A stretch of DNA of 63,951 nt, the filler included, from Rhabdomonas costata (taxonomy: Eukaryota), in the NCBI GenBank assembly GCA_019059605.1. It is 42 parts of 42 records of this genome, joined end to end, with 100 filler letters (N's around TTAATTAATTAA, not from the genome) between each part and the next. Parts side by side here need not be neighbours in the genome. Positions count along the whole stretch, not along the records: positions 10,683 to 12,108 come from JAHMHO010016284.1; positions 12,209 to 13,634 come from JAHMHO010016285.1; positions 13,735 to 15,159 come from JAHMHO010016286.1; positions 15,260 to 16,684 come from JAHMHO010016287.1; positions 16,785 to 18,209 come from JAHMHO010016288.1; positions 18,310 to 19,734 come from JAHMHO010016289.1; positions 19,835 to 21,259 come from JAHMHO010016290.1; positions 21,360 to 22,784 come from JAHMHO010016291.1; 34 more parts are not named here. One strand, 5' to 3'. The notes under the pieces were generated by a model that was not told the DNA's origin, made no database searches, and was given only the letters and a program-made list of their open reading frames with translations. The position numbers were made by a program, and so were the translations under genes. Shown piece after piece: positions 11,904 to 24,838 of this stretch. Within the stretch, counting starts at the first letter, position 1. Every line of letters begins with the position of its first letter.

Positions 11904-14555
11904 CTTAGTGAGAAGAGAAGAAGCAGAAAAACCAAGACAGCGCTAATACACACACTCACAAGGGAACAGGCACCACTGCCACTTCAATTCCGCGACCACA
12001 GAAAACGTTTTTGCGAGAGTTTGGGAGTGAAGCATTGATGGGGCAGGGAAAAGAAGTTCACAGCGCTCCTGGGGTGGCACAGAACTTCTTTTCCCTGCCC
12101 CACCAACANNNNNNNNNNNNNNNNNNNNNNNNNNNNNNNNNNNNNNNNNNNNTTAATTAATTAANNNNNNNNNNNNNNNNNNNNNNNNNNNNNNNNNNNN
12201 NNNNNNNNGAATACATTTGTGAAGTTGGAAAGCTTACCTGTGGGGTGGATTGTCTCGAAGGTTCTTGGTGCAAGTGAGTAAAACAGTGTGTTGGGAAGCT
12301 TTTGGCTTTGCGTAAATTCGTCTCGAGACAGCAGTCGGAAATGTGGGAGGGAGTGTAGGAGGAGGGACAGAGTGCGTGGAAGTGTGGGCGAAGGGGGTGA
12401 GTTCTGGGGTGAGCAGCTGACCTCCAAGAGCAAGAGAAAGAGATGGGTGCGGGGAAATTCCATGGAAAACCATACCATTCCATACCCACACGAAAGCGGT
12501 CCCTGGGGGATGGCGCGTGGTCCCGGGGCAGCGGGAATTGGTCAGGATGGAGTATTTTAAGGCATAACAACGGCTCCAAAGCTCAGAGTCACCGCAGCCC
12601 AAGAAATGTGAATCCACAGCAAATGAGGTGAGCCTCATCTACCCACCTGCGTGTGCAAGGGAGATGCATATGAGAGCAGGATACGATCCTTCAAAAGCAG
12701 AAAGCATGCTCCAGACACACTTGAATTCACAACCAGAGGAAGAGCAGGAGAAAAAGACATCGTTTGAGTGGGCTAGCAATGATGGCGACATTCCCGGGCG
12801 GGTGTGCTCGAGTTCAGCGGCTTTGGTGGCGAAAATTGGGTGACAGCACAACGATGTTACAAAGGAAAAGAGGCACGGACGTGTGCAATAACAGAAGCAA
12901 TAAAAACACATAAAGGACACAAATTACAGTGAGATGGAAGTGGAAACTCGGCAAGACGACGGGGGAAATGGAAGGCAACAAAGCAGGTGGAAGAAGGGTC
13001 CGGTCAAGGGTCAGGGTGGGAATAAACAACGGGAGTGTAGGTCGAGAGAGACCTTAATGTAACAGCGCCAGGGACGGAACGAACAATACACCAAACCAAT
13101 CAAATGATATGTAGGGGAGGGTGATCTGGTGACTGCCCAGTTCTGGTCGAAGGTAAGCAGGCTGCGCTAAATCTGCTGCAGCTCGACCAACTGCAACGGG
13201 CAGTCCTGAGTGTTGGGGTGTTGGCGTGTCTTCCTCTTACCTATTGGTTTCGGTGTCAGGGTTCGGGTTCAGGGTTCCGTTGTTCGCTGGGTTCCTTCGC
13301 TACGTCTGTTGCAACCGGCTCTACACCCAGTGCCTCTCATGGAAAGAAAGGGACATGAAATCTCATCATATCAGAAAAAAAAGTATGTCCAGCGCCAGTG
13401 TGTTTTTATGAGGACGTCATGCCCACGCCACACCTCCCTTCACCACACTAAGTCAAGTACGACCTGTTTAACATCCCACTGGTCCACGTGAGGCCGAGTT
13501 CAAATGAATCTTCCATATCAATAGGAACACCCGGTCAGCTCTCCTGAGGCCTGAGGCGAGCGTCCTTCCCGCACCCCGCATTTCCCCTCATTTGCCGAGC
13601 GCAAAGTCACCGGGGACCAGGAGACGCTCCCCCTNNNNNNNNNNNNNNNNNNNNNNNNNNNNNNNNNNNNNNNNNNNNTTAATTAATTAANNNNNNNNNN
13701 NNNNNNNNNNNNNNNNNNNNNNNNNNNNNNNNNNCCTCTCTGAACGTCGCTATTTCAATCCACTCTTGGGATTGGTTGTCACTCACAACCCAAGGCAAAC
13801 AGTGCATGCGGGTCCACACAGACAGACTCACAGAGTAAGACGCACACAACGCACTCACACATTCCTCACCATCAGAAAAGAAGCTCCGCCTCAAGCGAGA
13901 GAGAGAGAGGTTACACTTATCCAAATCGCAGGGAGCTACGGCGGCTTCAAAGAGCCATTCTAAGTGGTGAGCGTAATGCACAAAGCCTTAGTGACCTTTC
14001 TTGACCCATGGCAAAGACCATCGCCGGGGCGAGGTACGGACAACGAATCGTGGAGTACTGACTGAAACAGGCTGCGGGGTAGGAGGGCTCAGTTCAGCAG
14101 GCTTGACCCACCGCAGCCGACGCAAGTCGAACACCCGCTCGGAGTAGTCCTATCCAAATTCAAAACAAGAGCGCGCTGATGCTCTGTACCAGAACAAAAA
14201 TCAGGAAAAAGAAAGTCTCATTTAAGTTCAGCAAGCACTTCAACAATCAGCAGCGCAAGTTCAAAGAGAGAATTGCAGCTATAATAATTCTGCGGCAAAT
14301 GGCCTCGGAATCTCAAAGGCGAAACTTATTGACGCTCAACATCATGCGGGAAATTCTTAAAGCCGCTTACCATGTGGGGGAGGCGTGTTATTATGCAGCC
14401 ATGCTTTTTTAAATCCCGCAATTCAAAACATTTCCACAGCAAAACTTTTTATAGCAGGAAACCTCACAAGTAAGGAAGAAACGCCTTTAAAGTTCATCCC
14501 ATAAACTCTCACTTTAAGGTGGGTCTCCGTGCCAGAAGCAAAGGACAAAAATACC

Positions 14556-15062
14556 GTAGTGCTGGTCGGGCCATACACACGATGCAGCTTCACTTCAACT
14601 TGGTTGGGCACCCAAGTGGAAATATTTTCCATCCACGCCGTCCGCTGCAGCGGGAACAAGGTCGCTTTCGGCCACAGCCGGCCACCCTTGTCCCGATACG
14701 AAACCCAGGATAATGGGCTTTCAAACTCACCCAGAAACTTTTCCGCGGTCGCGCCCTCGGACAGGACGGGGTAGTACGCGACGATGTCAATGAAGGCCCC
14801 ACTGTCACGGCTAATCAGCCTGGCGTCAATGATATTGTTGGCTGCAAAAAAGAATGCAATCACATCGTTTCAAAACACTGCCCGGAAAGCCAGAGAAAAA
14901 AGACCGTTCGTACAAAGAATAGAACACCTTTGACTGCTTCCCCGAAGATGAAGTGAGGGTTCACCACCAGCTCGAAGTGAGGATTGTGGTAAACTTTGCT
15001 GATCCACTGCAGGGCGAACAGGTGCTGCCACTGCACCCCAACATCGATGTCATCGTCCCACG
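14556..15062 (-). CDS. LicD/fukutin/MNN4-family nucleotidyltransferase-fold phosphotransferase; intron 14927-14842
   Basis: PWDDDIDVGV motif, then VVNPHF..NIIDARLISRDSGAFIDI..LFPLQRT..WVPN..L..VYGP, in the LicD-family motif order. Confidence 0.85.
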
Positions 15063-18000
15063 GCAGGGGCTCCTGAGACAATGGGACGATGACATCGATG
15101 TTGGGGTGCAGTGGCAGCACCTGTTTGCCCTGCAGTGGATCAGCAAAGTCAACCACAACNNNNNNNNNNNNNNNNNNNNNNNNNNNNNNNNNNNNNNNNN
15201 NNNTTAATTAATTAANNNNNNNNNNNNNNNNNNNNNNNNNNNNNNNNNNNNNNNNNNNNGTGTGGGTGTTAGTATTCTCTCCTTAGACCGGTTTCTGTGG
15301 GTGTAATTTTGTTTGATGCATTGTGAGTTTTTTCCCCAGCCGTCTTTTTCTGTCTGTTTCGCGGTTGTGCATTAGAATTCAAACTAAAATGCAGTGTACT
15401 AAATGGCGGTGACTAAGGGGCGCAATGTTCCTGTGAGCGCAATGTTCCTGTGATGTTCACTCACCACAACGTGACAGGTTTCCGGAACGGTGATAGTGAA
15501 GTGGTCTCTTCCTGAATGTCAGTTTCCTTTAGCAAAGACGAATCGGACCTCTCTTTTGCCCAATGGCGGGTTCCGTAAAAATGTAGAATGGTGCGTTTTG
15601 CATTATTGGGCGTGACTTCTTCGATCGTCTTCGGAATACTGCGTGGACCTTAAGCACCTCCACTTGCTCTGCTCCGCACACCTCACCCCTCACACCCGAC
15701 CTCAGACGAATCCCTCTACGGTAACAAAGAACAGGGCGAGAACGAGAACGAGGTGCTTCCGTGCTACGACGACTTGTACCCATCGGCAGAGGCACCGCCC
15801 CCCTATAGCTCCGTCGGGGGTACGTCTTTTGCCCGGTAGAGAGTCCATAAATCCGCGCGTTTTCTTTTTTTTTCACTTCTGGACGAGTTCGGGATGGAGG
15901 CGATCAGGAAGATTGACTTGTGACTCCGGACATCGGGCTTCGTTTCCGTAAATGTTCCCAATTGCTTTGGAAGTTTGCGGTGGCCTTGCTGTATTGCAGT
16001 TTACTCAAAGATTTCGATCCGATGCGCGTCAGCATATGGTTACCATGAAAAAGTCGGCGATTTTTGTTTGGATGGGATGCTGATGTGTACGCAGGTTCCG
16101 GCAAAGAGTGGATCCCGCGGCATTCAACTTATCGCCATCGTATGTTTGCCGTTTGAGTCGTTTTTCTTGTGTGTGGGCGGGTGGCGATAAACGCGCTTGA
16201 CCTTGTAAAATGTTGCGCCAATGTTGCCATGTTGCTATTGTTGAATTTGCGTTTTTTAAACTCTTTAACTACGTTAAAATAATATTTCACCGCATCCCTG
16301 CAGTGAAGCAATATTAAGTTTTCTGAACGGGCGGGGATTGTATTGAATTTCACTCCAGGGAGGCCATGTCCTGCATCGCTGTCCCCATGGTCCGGTCGTC
16401 CGCACCCCTCGTAACCCTCCTTGTATTTTCGCCCAACATCTGTATAGTGCACTTCTCGAACTGGGGGATGGGTTGGGGCCATTTCAAAGCATGCACATCA
16501 GTTTTCGTTGAACGGAGTACAGGATATTACCCGTGTGAACGCGCTTCTTCTGCTGCAGGGATGTGCGTTGGCCATCAGACGTTGTGGGCCACTGGGCTTC
16601 CGGAGGACATGGATCCAGGTCTGCGCTGTTTTTTGGGTTGCAATGGAGGTTAGCGGGGGGGGCGGTAATGGTTACCCAAAAACANNNNNNNNNNNNNNNN
16701 NNNNNNNNNNNNNNNNNNNNNNNNNNNNTTAATTAATTAANNNNNNNNNNNNNNNNNNNNNNNNNNNNNNNNNNNNNNNNNNNNTTGCCTATATTTCAAA
16801 AAAAGCTTAAACGAGTACAAAACTACAAGGTTCATGATAATAAAATTCTTGCTATGTATGGCACGTGAGAGGACGTTATGAGTGGAATTGGTTTTGGGTT
16901 TATATGTAAAAACTCGGCGTTAATCTGTGTTCATTAAAACCAACGCCATCACCAAAAAAGTGCTGTGGTTTGATGTCACTGCACTAAACACACAGAGGAC
17001 GATTCTGGTCTTCTGTTTGTGAGTTTAGAGACGCTTAGTTTCGATAAAACGCCCTGTAAACGTTTCAGGATGGTAGAATCAGGTAACACATATAATTTGT
17101 ATGCCTACTACTTGATTGACCAGTAGTATGAAAGATGTGTTTTAACTTGAACACTTAAGAATGGTTGTGCACATTAAAGTGGATGAATGGTACACTTTGC
17201 GAAAGATTGAAATACCTTTTCAGATGAAATTAAAAGTAATTGCTCTGTAATACAACTCTACCACATCAGTCAATTTGTAAGTGGACGGTCTTTAGGATCA
17301 AGCGCATTTAAAATAACATCAATAGAAATGGGCAAGCTTAAGTGAGTATATGCTAGGTGTGTCATAGATGCAAATCCTACAACCATTTCAAAGATGTCAT
17401 ACAAAATTGATGTTCCACAATTTTTTAGAGGTTTACCGTAGTACGTTATACGCAACAGCAGTGTATATGATACTGTAAGCAATGTGTTTCTCGTTCTATT
17501 GTTAGAAGTAAAGAACTTCAATGTGTTTTCAGAGACTAGCTTACAGAGAATGACGTCCAATGCTAGCATCTTGTGATACATATCTACACAAATGCTACCT
17601 ATTAACAGCGGGAAATTTGTATAGCTTAGTAGGGCATTTCAGAGACTTACGAACAATAGAGTGACAGTGTTGGAAGACAGAGAGCCATGCCACTCGATGG
17701 AGGCCGCATAAAATGATACGTGAGCATTTGTATGCGGATTCAACATTATTCTCTTTTGGTTTGATATTGTGGGAAGGCGTATGATGCTAAGGCCATACAA
17801 TTTGACACCACCTGTTTCCACAGCAGTTCTTCGGAGCCACAAGTTCACATCATCTACATACTATTCGTTTGAAGAATGTGTGAACCTAAATGTTTCCAGA
17901 TTTTCCATTACTTCAGAAAGTTGGCTTGAGAAAAGCATCTACACAAAACCGCATGGAATCAAATAATTGAAGCATCTGTCTATTTGCAAATCACCTGTTA

Positions 18001-19524
18001 CGTCTAGGCAGCTCCCGTGATGTACAAGCAATGTAGGGATACAGGACAAGAAGAACAATATCTAGAAGCATTGTCACATACATGGGTAAAAGCCACGTCC
18101 TTGTTCATGCAAAACTGTTATATTGTGACTGTTTGAACGCAACTTATTAGTTAAAAACGCTATTCATAATTCGTAACACAACGTGTGCATAAAACGTTTC
18201 CACATAGTTNNNNNNNNNNNNNNNNNNNNNNNNNNNNNNNNNNNNNNNNNNNNTTAATTAATTAANNNNNNNNNNNNNNNNNNNNNNNNNNNNNNNNNNN
18301 NNNNNNNNNGGTGTGGTGTCGTTATGGGCCCGGGGTTTGGAAGAGTTTATGCCACTAACAGTGTGCCCGAAGCTGTGCTTGCACCACGTTTGCCTGGCTG
18401 TTTCCTGTGGCTCTCGTGCACCATTGCTCTGTCACTAATATCTGTTCTCGTCAGGACGGACAGAAACGGCGCCTCATTCCTTGCGGCACCGGACTAAGGT
18501 TGTTTTTGTTTTGATTTTCCATCGGGGCTGTGGTTGAAGTGGATGAGAGAGAGACCTCTCGCTCCACGGCGGCGGCCGAGTCCCCGGCCTGGGCCTCGGG
18601 GGCCTGGTCTGGGGAGAGCGGGCGCGCGGCTCTGGACCCAGCGGGAATCACGGGGTGGGTCAGGAACCGCAGCGAGGCGGAGGTCATCTTGGCCTTTGTG
18701 CTTAGCGGGGGCAGGGTAACGGTGCCCTGGGCATCCGCGGCCGTCACAGACTCCGGGTCAATGTCCCTGTGCAGAAAGAAGAAGATCCGGAAAAAAAAAA
18801 GAAACAGCGAAACCCCAAATGCCAGACACTCTCAGATTCGCATCAAAAGAGTTCTATGTAGATACCTACGCCTGGTGGGTCTGGGTACCAGGACCACCCG
18901 GAGTAGGCATCCCCAACACCCGACACAGAGGGCACCGCAGGTAGAGGTAAGCACGGGTCGAGTGCATACGAGGCCCATGCGTCAGGTATCACGAGGTCAC
19001 CCCGGAGTAGGTATGCAAGCCCAGGCACCCCTCCCTATCACCCCTCGAGGTCCTCGCAGCGTCCTCGCAGCATCTCCCACATCAGGTCAGCTGGGGGTGC
19101 CTGGGTCCTCGGATGCATCTTCAGGTCTCGAGGTCTCAAGGTGGGTCTGGGTCGAGGCGTAAGGTGGGTGGGAGGGTGCGTAAGGTAGGTGCATGTGGGG
19201 GTAGGTGACCTGAGGGCTGAAGTGTAGCGGTATTCTTAGACGTATGTAAGAGTGTAGGGGGTGTAAGTATGTAGGGAGGGGTTCATGGGCTTGAGGGGTT
19301 TCTTCTTCTACCTGCGGTGCCTTTCCTCTTTCACCCTCTACTACGGATGGCTCCACTGCGTGACCCATCCTTCGTGTCATCACCTTCAACCTGAACCCTC
19401 TCTTGGTATTCCCTGTGGCTACGCCAGGACGGAGCGAACATGATGGGCCCGCAGTGAAACGGAGGGGCTATCATGAGAGTGAAGTGACACGTATAGGTAA
19501 TGCTTGTCAGGATGTCTTCGCTGC

Positions 19525-19726
19525 GCTACCCTACGCTACTACGCTACATGCCTACGTGCCTACCTACGTACCCTACCTACTACGTACATGCCACCTGCTA
19601 CGTACCTACCTACTGCCTATGTACATGCTACCTGCCTACTGCCTGCCTACGCACGTACGTGCTACCTGCTACCTACGCTACATGCCTACATACCTCACTA
19701 CGTACCCTGCCTACGTGCTACCTGCC
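19525..19726. repeat. Degenerate low-complexity tandem array of CTAC/GCCTAC/GTAC/CATG units
   Basis: Read directly: ctacgctactacgctacatgcctacgtgcctacctacgtaccctacctactacg... Confidence 0.85.
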
Positions 19727-20639
19727 CAAACCCCNNNNNNNNNNNNNNNNNNNNNNNNNNNNNNNNNNNNNNNNNNNNTTAATTAATTAANNNNNNNNNN
19801 NNNNNNNNNNNNNNNNNNNNNNNNNNNNNNNNNNTCTGGTTGTTAACAAATGTGACAGTGTGTACTTGCAGAAAGGGCTGCTTCCGCGCCTCGACTTCCA
19901 CGTTCACCTGCTTGTATGCCGCCGCAGAAAACCACTCGAAGGGGGTGTGGCCTTCGCACAATGTTGGAAGAAGAACAGGAATGTCTCCGCCAAACATTTC
20001 GACGAAGTCGATCTTCGCGTTGTCTCAGGTCGACCCACGGGAGCAGAACGGGTTCAAAACCAGACCTGAACGGGAGTAAAACAGAGGGCGTTTGCATTTC
20101 CTTGCTGAGAGCAGGCACAAATCGATTTGTGGAACGCAATGATTCTTTTTTTTGAAAGACCTCCTTGCACTTTTCTTTTTGCAGCAACCCGAACTGGTCA
20201 TTGTCGTTGGTGGTGGACTTCTTCGCTGGGGTGTTTACCTTCCGGATCTTTACCTGGCCATGGAACGTCCTTCGGGATATCGCAAGCTCCGTTTTCTCCA
20301 CGACGGCGTGCAGCACAAGGCAGCCGAGAGCGTAGAATTCCTTACACTCTGGCCCGTAGGAGAAAATGTACGACAGGTTGCTCAATGTGGACGATGTATA
20401 TGAAAATTAAAGTTTCAGGCACGTGTCCGAATCCAGACCAGCTCCGACGGACTTTTTGAACCTTGTCAGGGACATTTGCGGCATCAGTGGCCCTCCCCCC
20501 ATACACCTGTGGAGCTTCAAAATAAATTTGTCTAACAGCACCTTGTTTTTGGTATCTTCCTTCTTCTTTCTGACTGATATGAGAAGATTCCCGCGGAGAT
20601 CGAATTCACGGATTTCTGCAGACGCTGAGAGGCGCGCTT

Positions 20640-21155
20640 CCATTGGAGAACGAGGAGAGCGCCAGATTCGGGAGTTTGACGTTGTCGTAGTAGGTGCGCC
20701 TAGTGTTGCATTTAATTTCTTGCCATTGCTGTAATTGCTTGTTTATATGACAAGGGTGAAGGGGAATGACGAAAGCGATGGGCGCGATTGCCCACGCGAT
20801 GCAGATGCGCAATGGCATTTCCATCCCAATTGATAAGCCCTTCGTTCCAAGTCCTCCAAGTCTGATCCTGGCTCAGTATTTGATAAAAAATGACAAAAGT
20901 CCGACTCCTCGACGTCGTCCCAAAGTCCCCAAAACCTCCGCAATTTCTGGCTTTTGGGATTGGGTTGGAGGCAAGCTCTATCCTTGTTTACTCTTCGTAG
21001 GTGCGGGACCTGCTGGTTTGAGTGCAGCTATTCGACTGAAACAGCTTGCAATGCAGAGTGGCCAAAATGTCAGTGTCTGTGGTTTGGAGAAGATCTCTGA
21101 ACCCAGAGCACACATTCTGTCAGGGTGCATACTGGACCCCATCGCCTTGACTGAA
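20640..21155 (+). CDS. ETFDH: Electron transfer flavoprotein-ubiquinone oxidoreductase, N-terminal FAD-binding part; intron 20694-21000
   Basis: Spliced product FDVVVVGAGPAGLSAAIRLKQLA..VSVC.LEK.SE..AHILSGCILDPIALTE; the 3' end is lost in a fold-back. Confidence 0.9.
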
Positions 21156-21779
21156 TGTTTGCTCTGGGTTCAGAGATCTTCTCCAAACCACAGACACTGA
21201 CATTTTGGCCACTCTGCATTGCAAGCTGTTTCAGTCGAATAGCTGCACTCAAACCACCANNNNNNNNNNNNNNNNNNNNNNNNNNNNNNNNNNNNNNNNN
21301 NNNTTAATTAATTAANNNNNNNNNNNNNNNNNNNNNNNNNNNNNNNNNNNNNNNNNNNNGTGGTTTTGTGCAGCCTCTGAAATGTTGCGAGTGGAATGGT
21401 TGCTTTCGGTCGTCTCGTGGTTGCTTGTGTCTTCGCCCGTTTCTCGTGTTGTCCTGCTTTGATTGAATATTGTGTGTGTGGCGGTGTGGTTGCAATGACC
21501 TGGCAGTTATGGTAATGCAGTCATCTCGCAGTTATCGCTACCTAATGCATCAGTCATTTCACAGCCCGGCACGGGTGTACGCTCGGACGGCGAAAAAACG
21601 AAGTGAAAGCGACGTCGATGAAAGTTGGGCGTGGAGCGGCCCTCCGTTTTCATGGTGGTTTTCATGTCGATGCCCACACCGTGTGTGCGTGTGGGCTGTG
21701 TGGGGCTGGAGCCTGGGTATGGTGATGCCTTGCCGTGCCCGTTCCCTTCACTCTGTGGGTACTTCGGGCTTCTCCGCAG

Positions 21780-21962
21780 CGCACCTTCCAGCTGGGCTGC
21801 TACTACAGCTTTGGCGGGGCCACCGGGGCCTACGCTGCAATTCGGGTGTACCGGGGCAACACCCCGATCTCCTTCCGTACTCAGCCCGGGCTGTGGACGG
21901 CCCGGGCCCTGCTCTTGATGGTGCTTTTCCGCATGGGCATGAACGTCGCGATTCATCCTCTG
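21780..21962 (+). CDS. Membrane-protein exon, possibly rhomboid-like
   Basis: AG/GT-bounded exon; YYSFGGATGAYAA resembles the rhomboid GASGA motif and is followed by a hydrophobic helix. Weak. Confidence 0.3.
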
Positions 21963-24689
21963 GTTCCCAACCCGACCCAACTCAACCCAACGGGCGGGGT
22001 GGAAATGAATCTGTCGGCGTACGGCATTATGGGACTGAAGTGCATTTTTGGACCCTCCTCCTCCTCCCCATGTGCATCAACACCTAACCCCCTGACAAAT
22101 GCTCAGCGCTCTATTTTTAATTAGGTGCTGTCTTGTCAAACTGACCCTCGCACTCCCCTCCCTGGGTCTCACTCCGACGATCAGTATGCCTTCTGAACAA
22201 AGCAAAGTCTATATTCTAAATCTATATATTGGGTTTCGTTTGGCTTGGGTTCCACTCTCACTGGATTGTGATGTTAGTTGTGGCTCTTCCATTTTCATCC
22301 TTTGTGCCGTAGTTGTAAAATGTCGTAAAAAGGATTTTTTCGCCGAGGAAAATGTAGCAGCCATTGGCCTTTTCCCTCCGGCGACGTAGTATTAACCCGT
22401 TGGTCGATGAGGTGAGTAGTTTTTTTTAGTGCTTTTTGGCCTCCCGCACACTTTTTTGTTGGTTTCCTGTTAGTGCATACCTTATGTGAACTTTCTATGC
22501 CAATTATAGGGTTGACAATGAATCGCTTATGCTCGAGCGTAAAATAAACGTTAGAAGAACGTGAACGAATGTAAAAGGAAACGGAAAATCTCTTTCTGGG
22601 GGCGATCCTCTCTCCTCCGCGGCTTCTTTATTAGCTGCCTCAGCTGGGGCAGTGCCCGGATTCCGTGGTTCTGGAGGAACTGTGCCCACAAGTCCTGTCG
22701 GAGGTTGTCCAGGCCCGCACCGCGCCCCCCGGCACCCCACCCTCGCCCACGGTACGCACCCACGTCATCGCAATGTGCGAAAAGNNNNNNNNNNNNNNNN
22801 NNNNNNNNNNNNNNNNNNNNNNNNNNNNTTAATTAATTAANNNNNNNNNNNNNNNNNNNNNNNNNNNNNNNNNNNNNNNNNNNNTGTTGTTGGGGGGGGG
22901 GTTACCAGGTGCGGTGAAAGGGGTGCCCGCAGCGGGCAACGTCGATGCCCGAGCCGCTGTCTCCTCCCCCGACAAGGTCGGTGAGACAGATCGCGCAGTC
23001 CATTCGAAGTTGCGGCTAAGCGGACGCGCTCACTGAGGCACCATGTCCACGAGTCCCTATGGGCATCGCGACATCGTCAACCCGACAAAGAGGCCGGCAA
23101 GCCCGGGGTCAAGGAACCTCCCCAGTACACAAAAAAAAATAGGATACTCCTTTGATGCAAAAAGAAAACAGAATTGTCATGCAATATGACGCAAATTTAA
23201 AGTTGAGGCGATGGTCTCATTGTCTAAAATCATCCTGAAATAGAGCGCCAGAAAGCGTTTCCTAGCACAACTGAGCTTCGCAGGGGCAACATCAATTGAC
23301 GCCCATCCAAGCATGGGGTGGTCATGGATGCTCGTGCCGATTCTGGTCATGCAACTTTTTGTCGAGCCCAACGAAGGATCACCCATTTTTTTGGCATGGG
23401 TGAAGATCTGCACCAATAAAAACCTTTTCCGTGCAGAACGATCGGGGGGTGGTGGTGAAGGGGATTACTAAGGTTCGCCATCACCACCCTAAATGGCGTT
23501 TCGACGAATGCAGGGAAAAAAAACAAGCAACCCTTTCCACAGCCCAATCAAGAGCTGGGTCCGGGCAACCCCAGGAATGTAATGCTCACAACTAAGAAGA
23601 ACGAGGAAGAGGAACCAGCGTTTAACAACCCCGACCTGTCCAAGGGACCGGTCGACAGCATCATAGCAGCAAAAATCTTCCAGCACACCATCGGCAGCTC
23701 GAGGCAAAAAGGTACAATCCTGAATGCAAGAAGCCTGTTGCCGGAAAAAGAGCTTTTCAAAAGTATTTCGGTGGTTGCGCAGATGCAAAAAGCCAAAAAT
23801 ACAGAGATAAAGATAAAGTGACCGCTAAACAACAAAGGAGATGAAATAAGTAGAAGCAAAGGTGGAAACAGAGGTACAAATACAAAGCCAGAAAACCTCA
23901 AGGCAAAAAATGGTAATACAATACGGTGTGGGGGTGAGCGGTCACCCGCAATCACAATCGAACTGCTGAGCCAAAAACAGGCAACACTACCCAGGAAACC
24001 TCCGCAGGGTTTTCTTCAAGCCGAGCCCAGAAGAATATCGTGGAGCATCAGCTCAATGACGTCATGGAGGGAGAAAAACAAAACCGAGTTCACAAGACAC
24101 TAGGGACGTCCAAAATAAACAACACACCTCAAAAGTCACGCAACCCTGAAGCGAAGGCTCCAGAAATTCCAGAACAACATAGCATTTCCAAGGCTTCTAT
24201 CAAGGCAAGCAAAACGAGCAAACGCAAATCCACCCTAACCGAAAAAAAACCCACAGAAGTGTTGGTGCCTCTCCCAAAACGTGCTCTGCAAGCCGTACGC
24301 CAACACCACNNNNNNNNNNNNNNNNNNNNNNNNNNNNNNNNNNNNNNNNNNNNTTAATTAATTAANNNNNNNNNNNNNNNNNNNNNNNNNNNNNNNNNNN
24401 NNNNNNNNNAGCATATTTACTGTTTTTGGGTGAAAATTTCAGCCCAGCGTCGTTTTGGGAGGCCGCCGTGTTGAAAAGATCCCGCGCCTGTTTCGGCTTT
24501 GCTCTGTACCTCGTCCTTTCTGTCGCTCTCTATTCCTATTTGATGTCATGTTTGAAGAATTCACAACTGTCCAATTCAGTTGATTTTCGTACTTCCGGAT
24601 ATTCCGTCTCTGAAGTGGTGCTGCCCAACCGGGGTAGTTGATAAATTGAAGGGGTCGTGGTGTCAGCTGCGCTATGCTTCTCTTTGCAG

Positions 24690-24838
24690 GGTCCAGGATG
24701 GCACTCTTGTTGTTGGAGCCCATCGTGTCGGTGAAGCTGGTATTGAGGAGAATGTCGACTGCCCGCCGGAATATAAAGTGAACTCTGTGGAGGACCTTAC
24801 CTATGGAAGGCAGCTGGGTAGAGGGAGCTTCGGTGCAG
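24690..24838 (+). CDS. Protein kinase exon with Gly-rich loop, probably MAP kinase kinase (STE7) type
   Basis: VNSVEDLTYGRQLGRGSFGA (GxGxxG) preceded by the EDL motif typical of MAPKKs; flanked by AG and GT. Confidence 0.65.

Noticed and set aside
13135-13206. LVELQQI*RSLL (minus strand) as a second in-frame TAG
   Set aside because: The other two frames of this putative exon are open, so the reading frame cannot be fixed.
19866-20066. In-frame TGA (20027-20025, minus strand) in a protein-like frame as selenocysteine
   Set aside because: The protein is unidentified; an alternative AG immediately after the TGA, or another open frame, removes the need for it.
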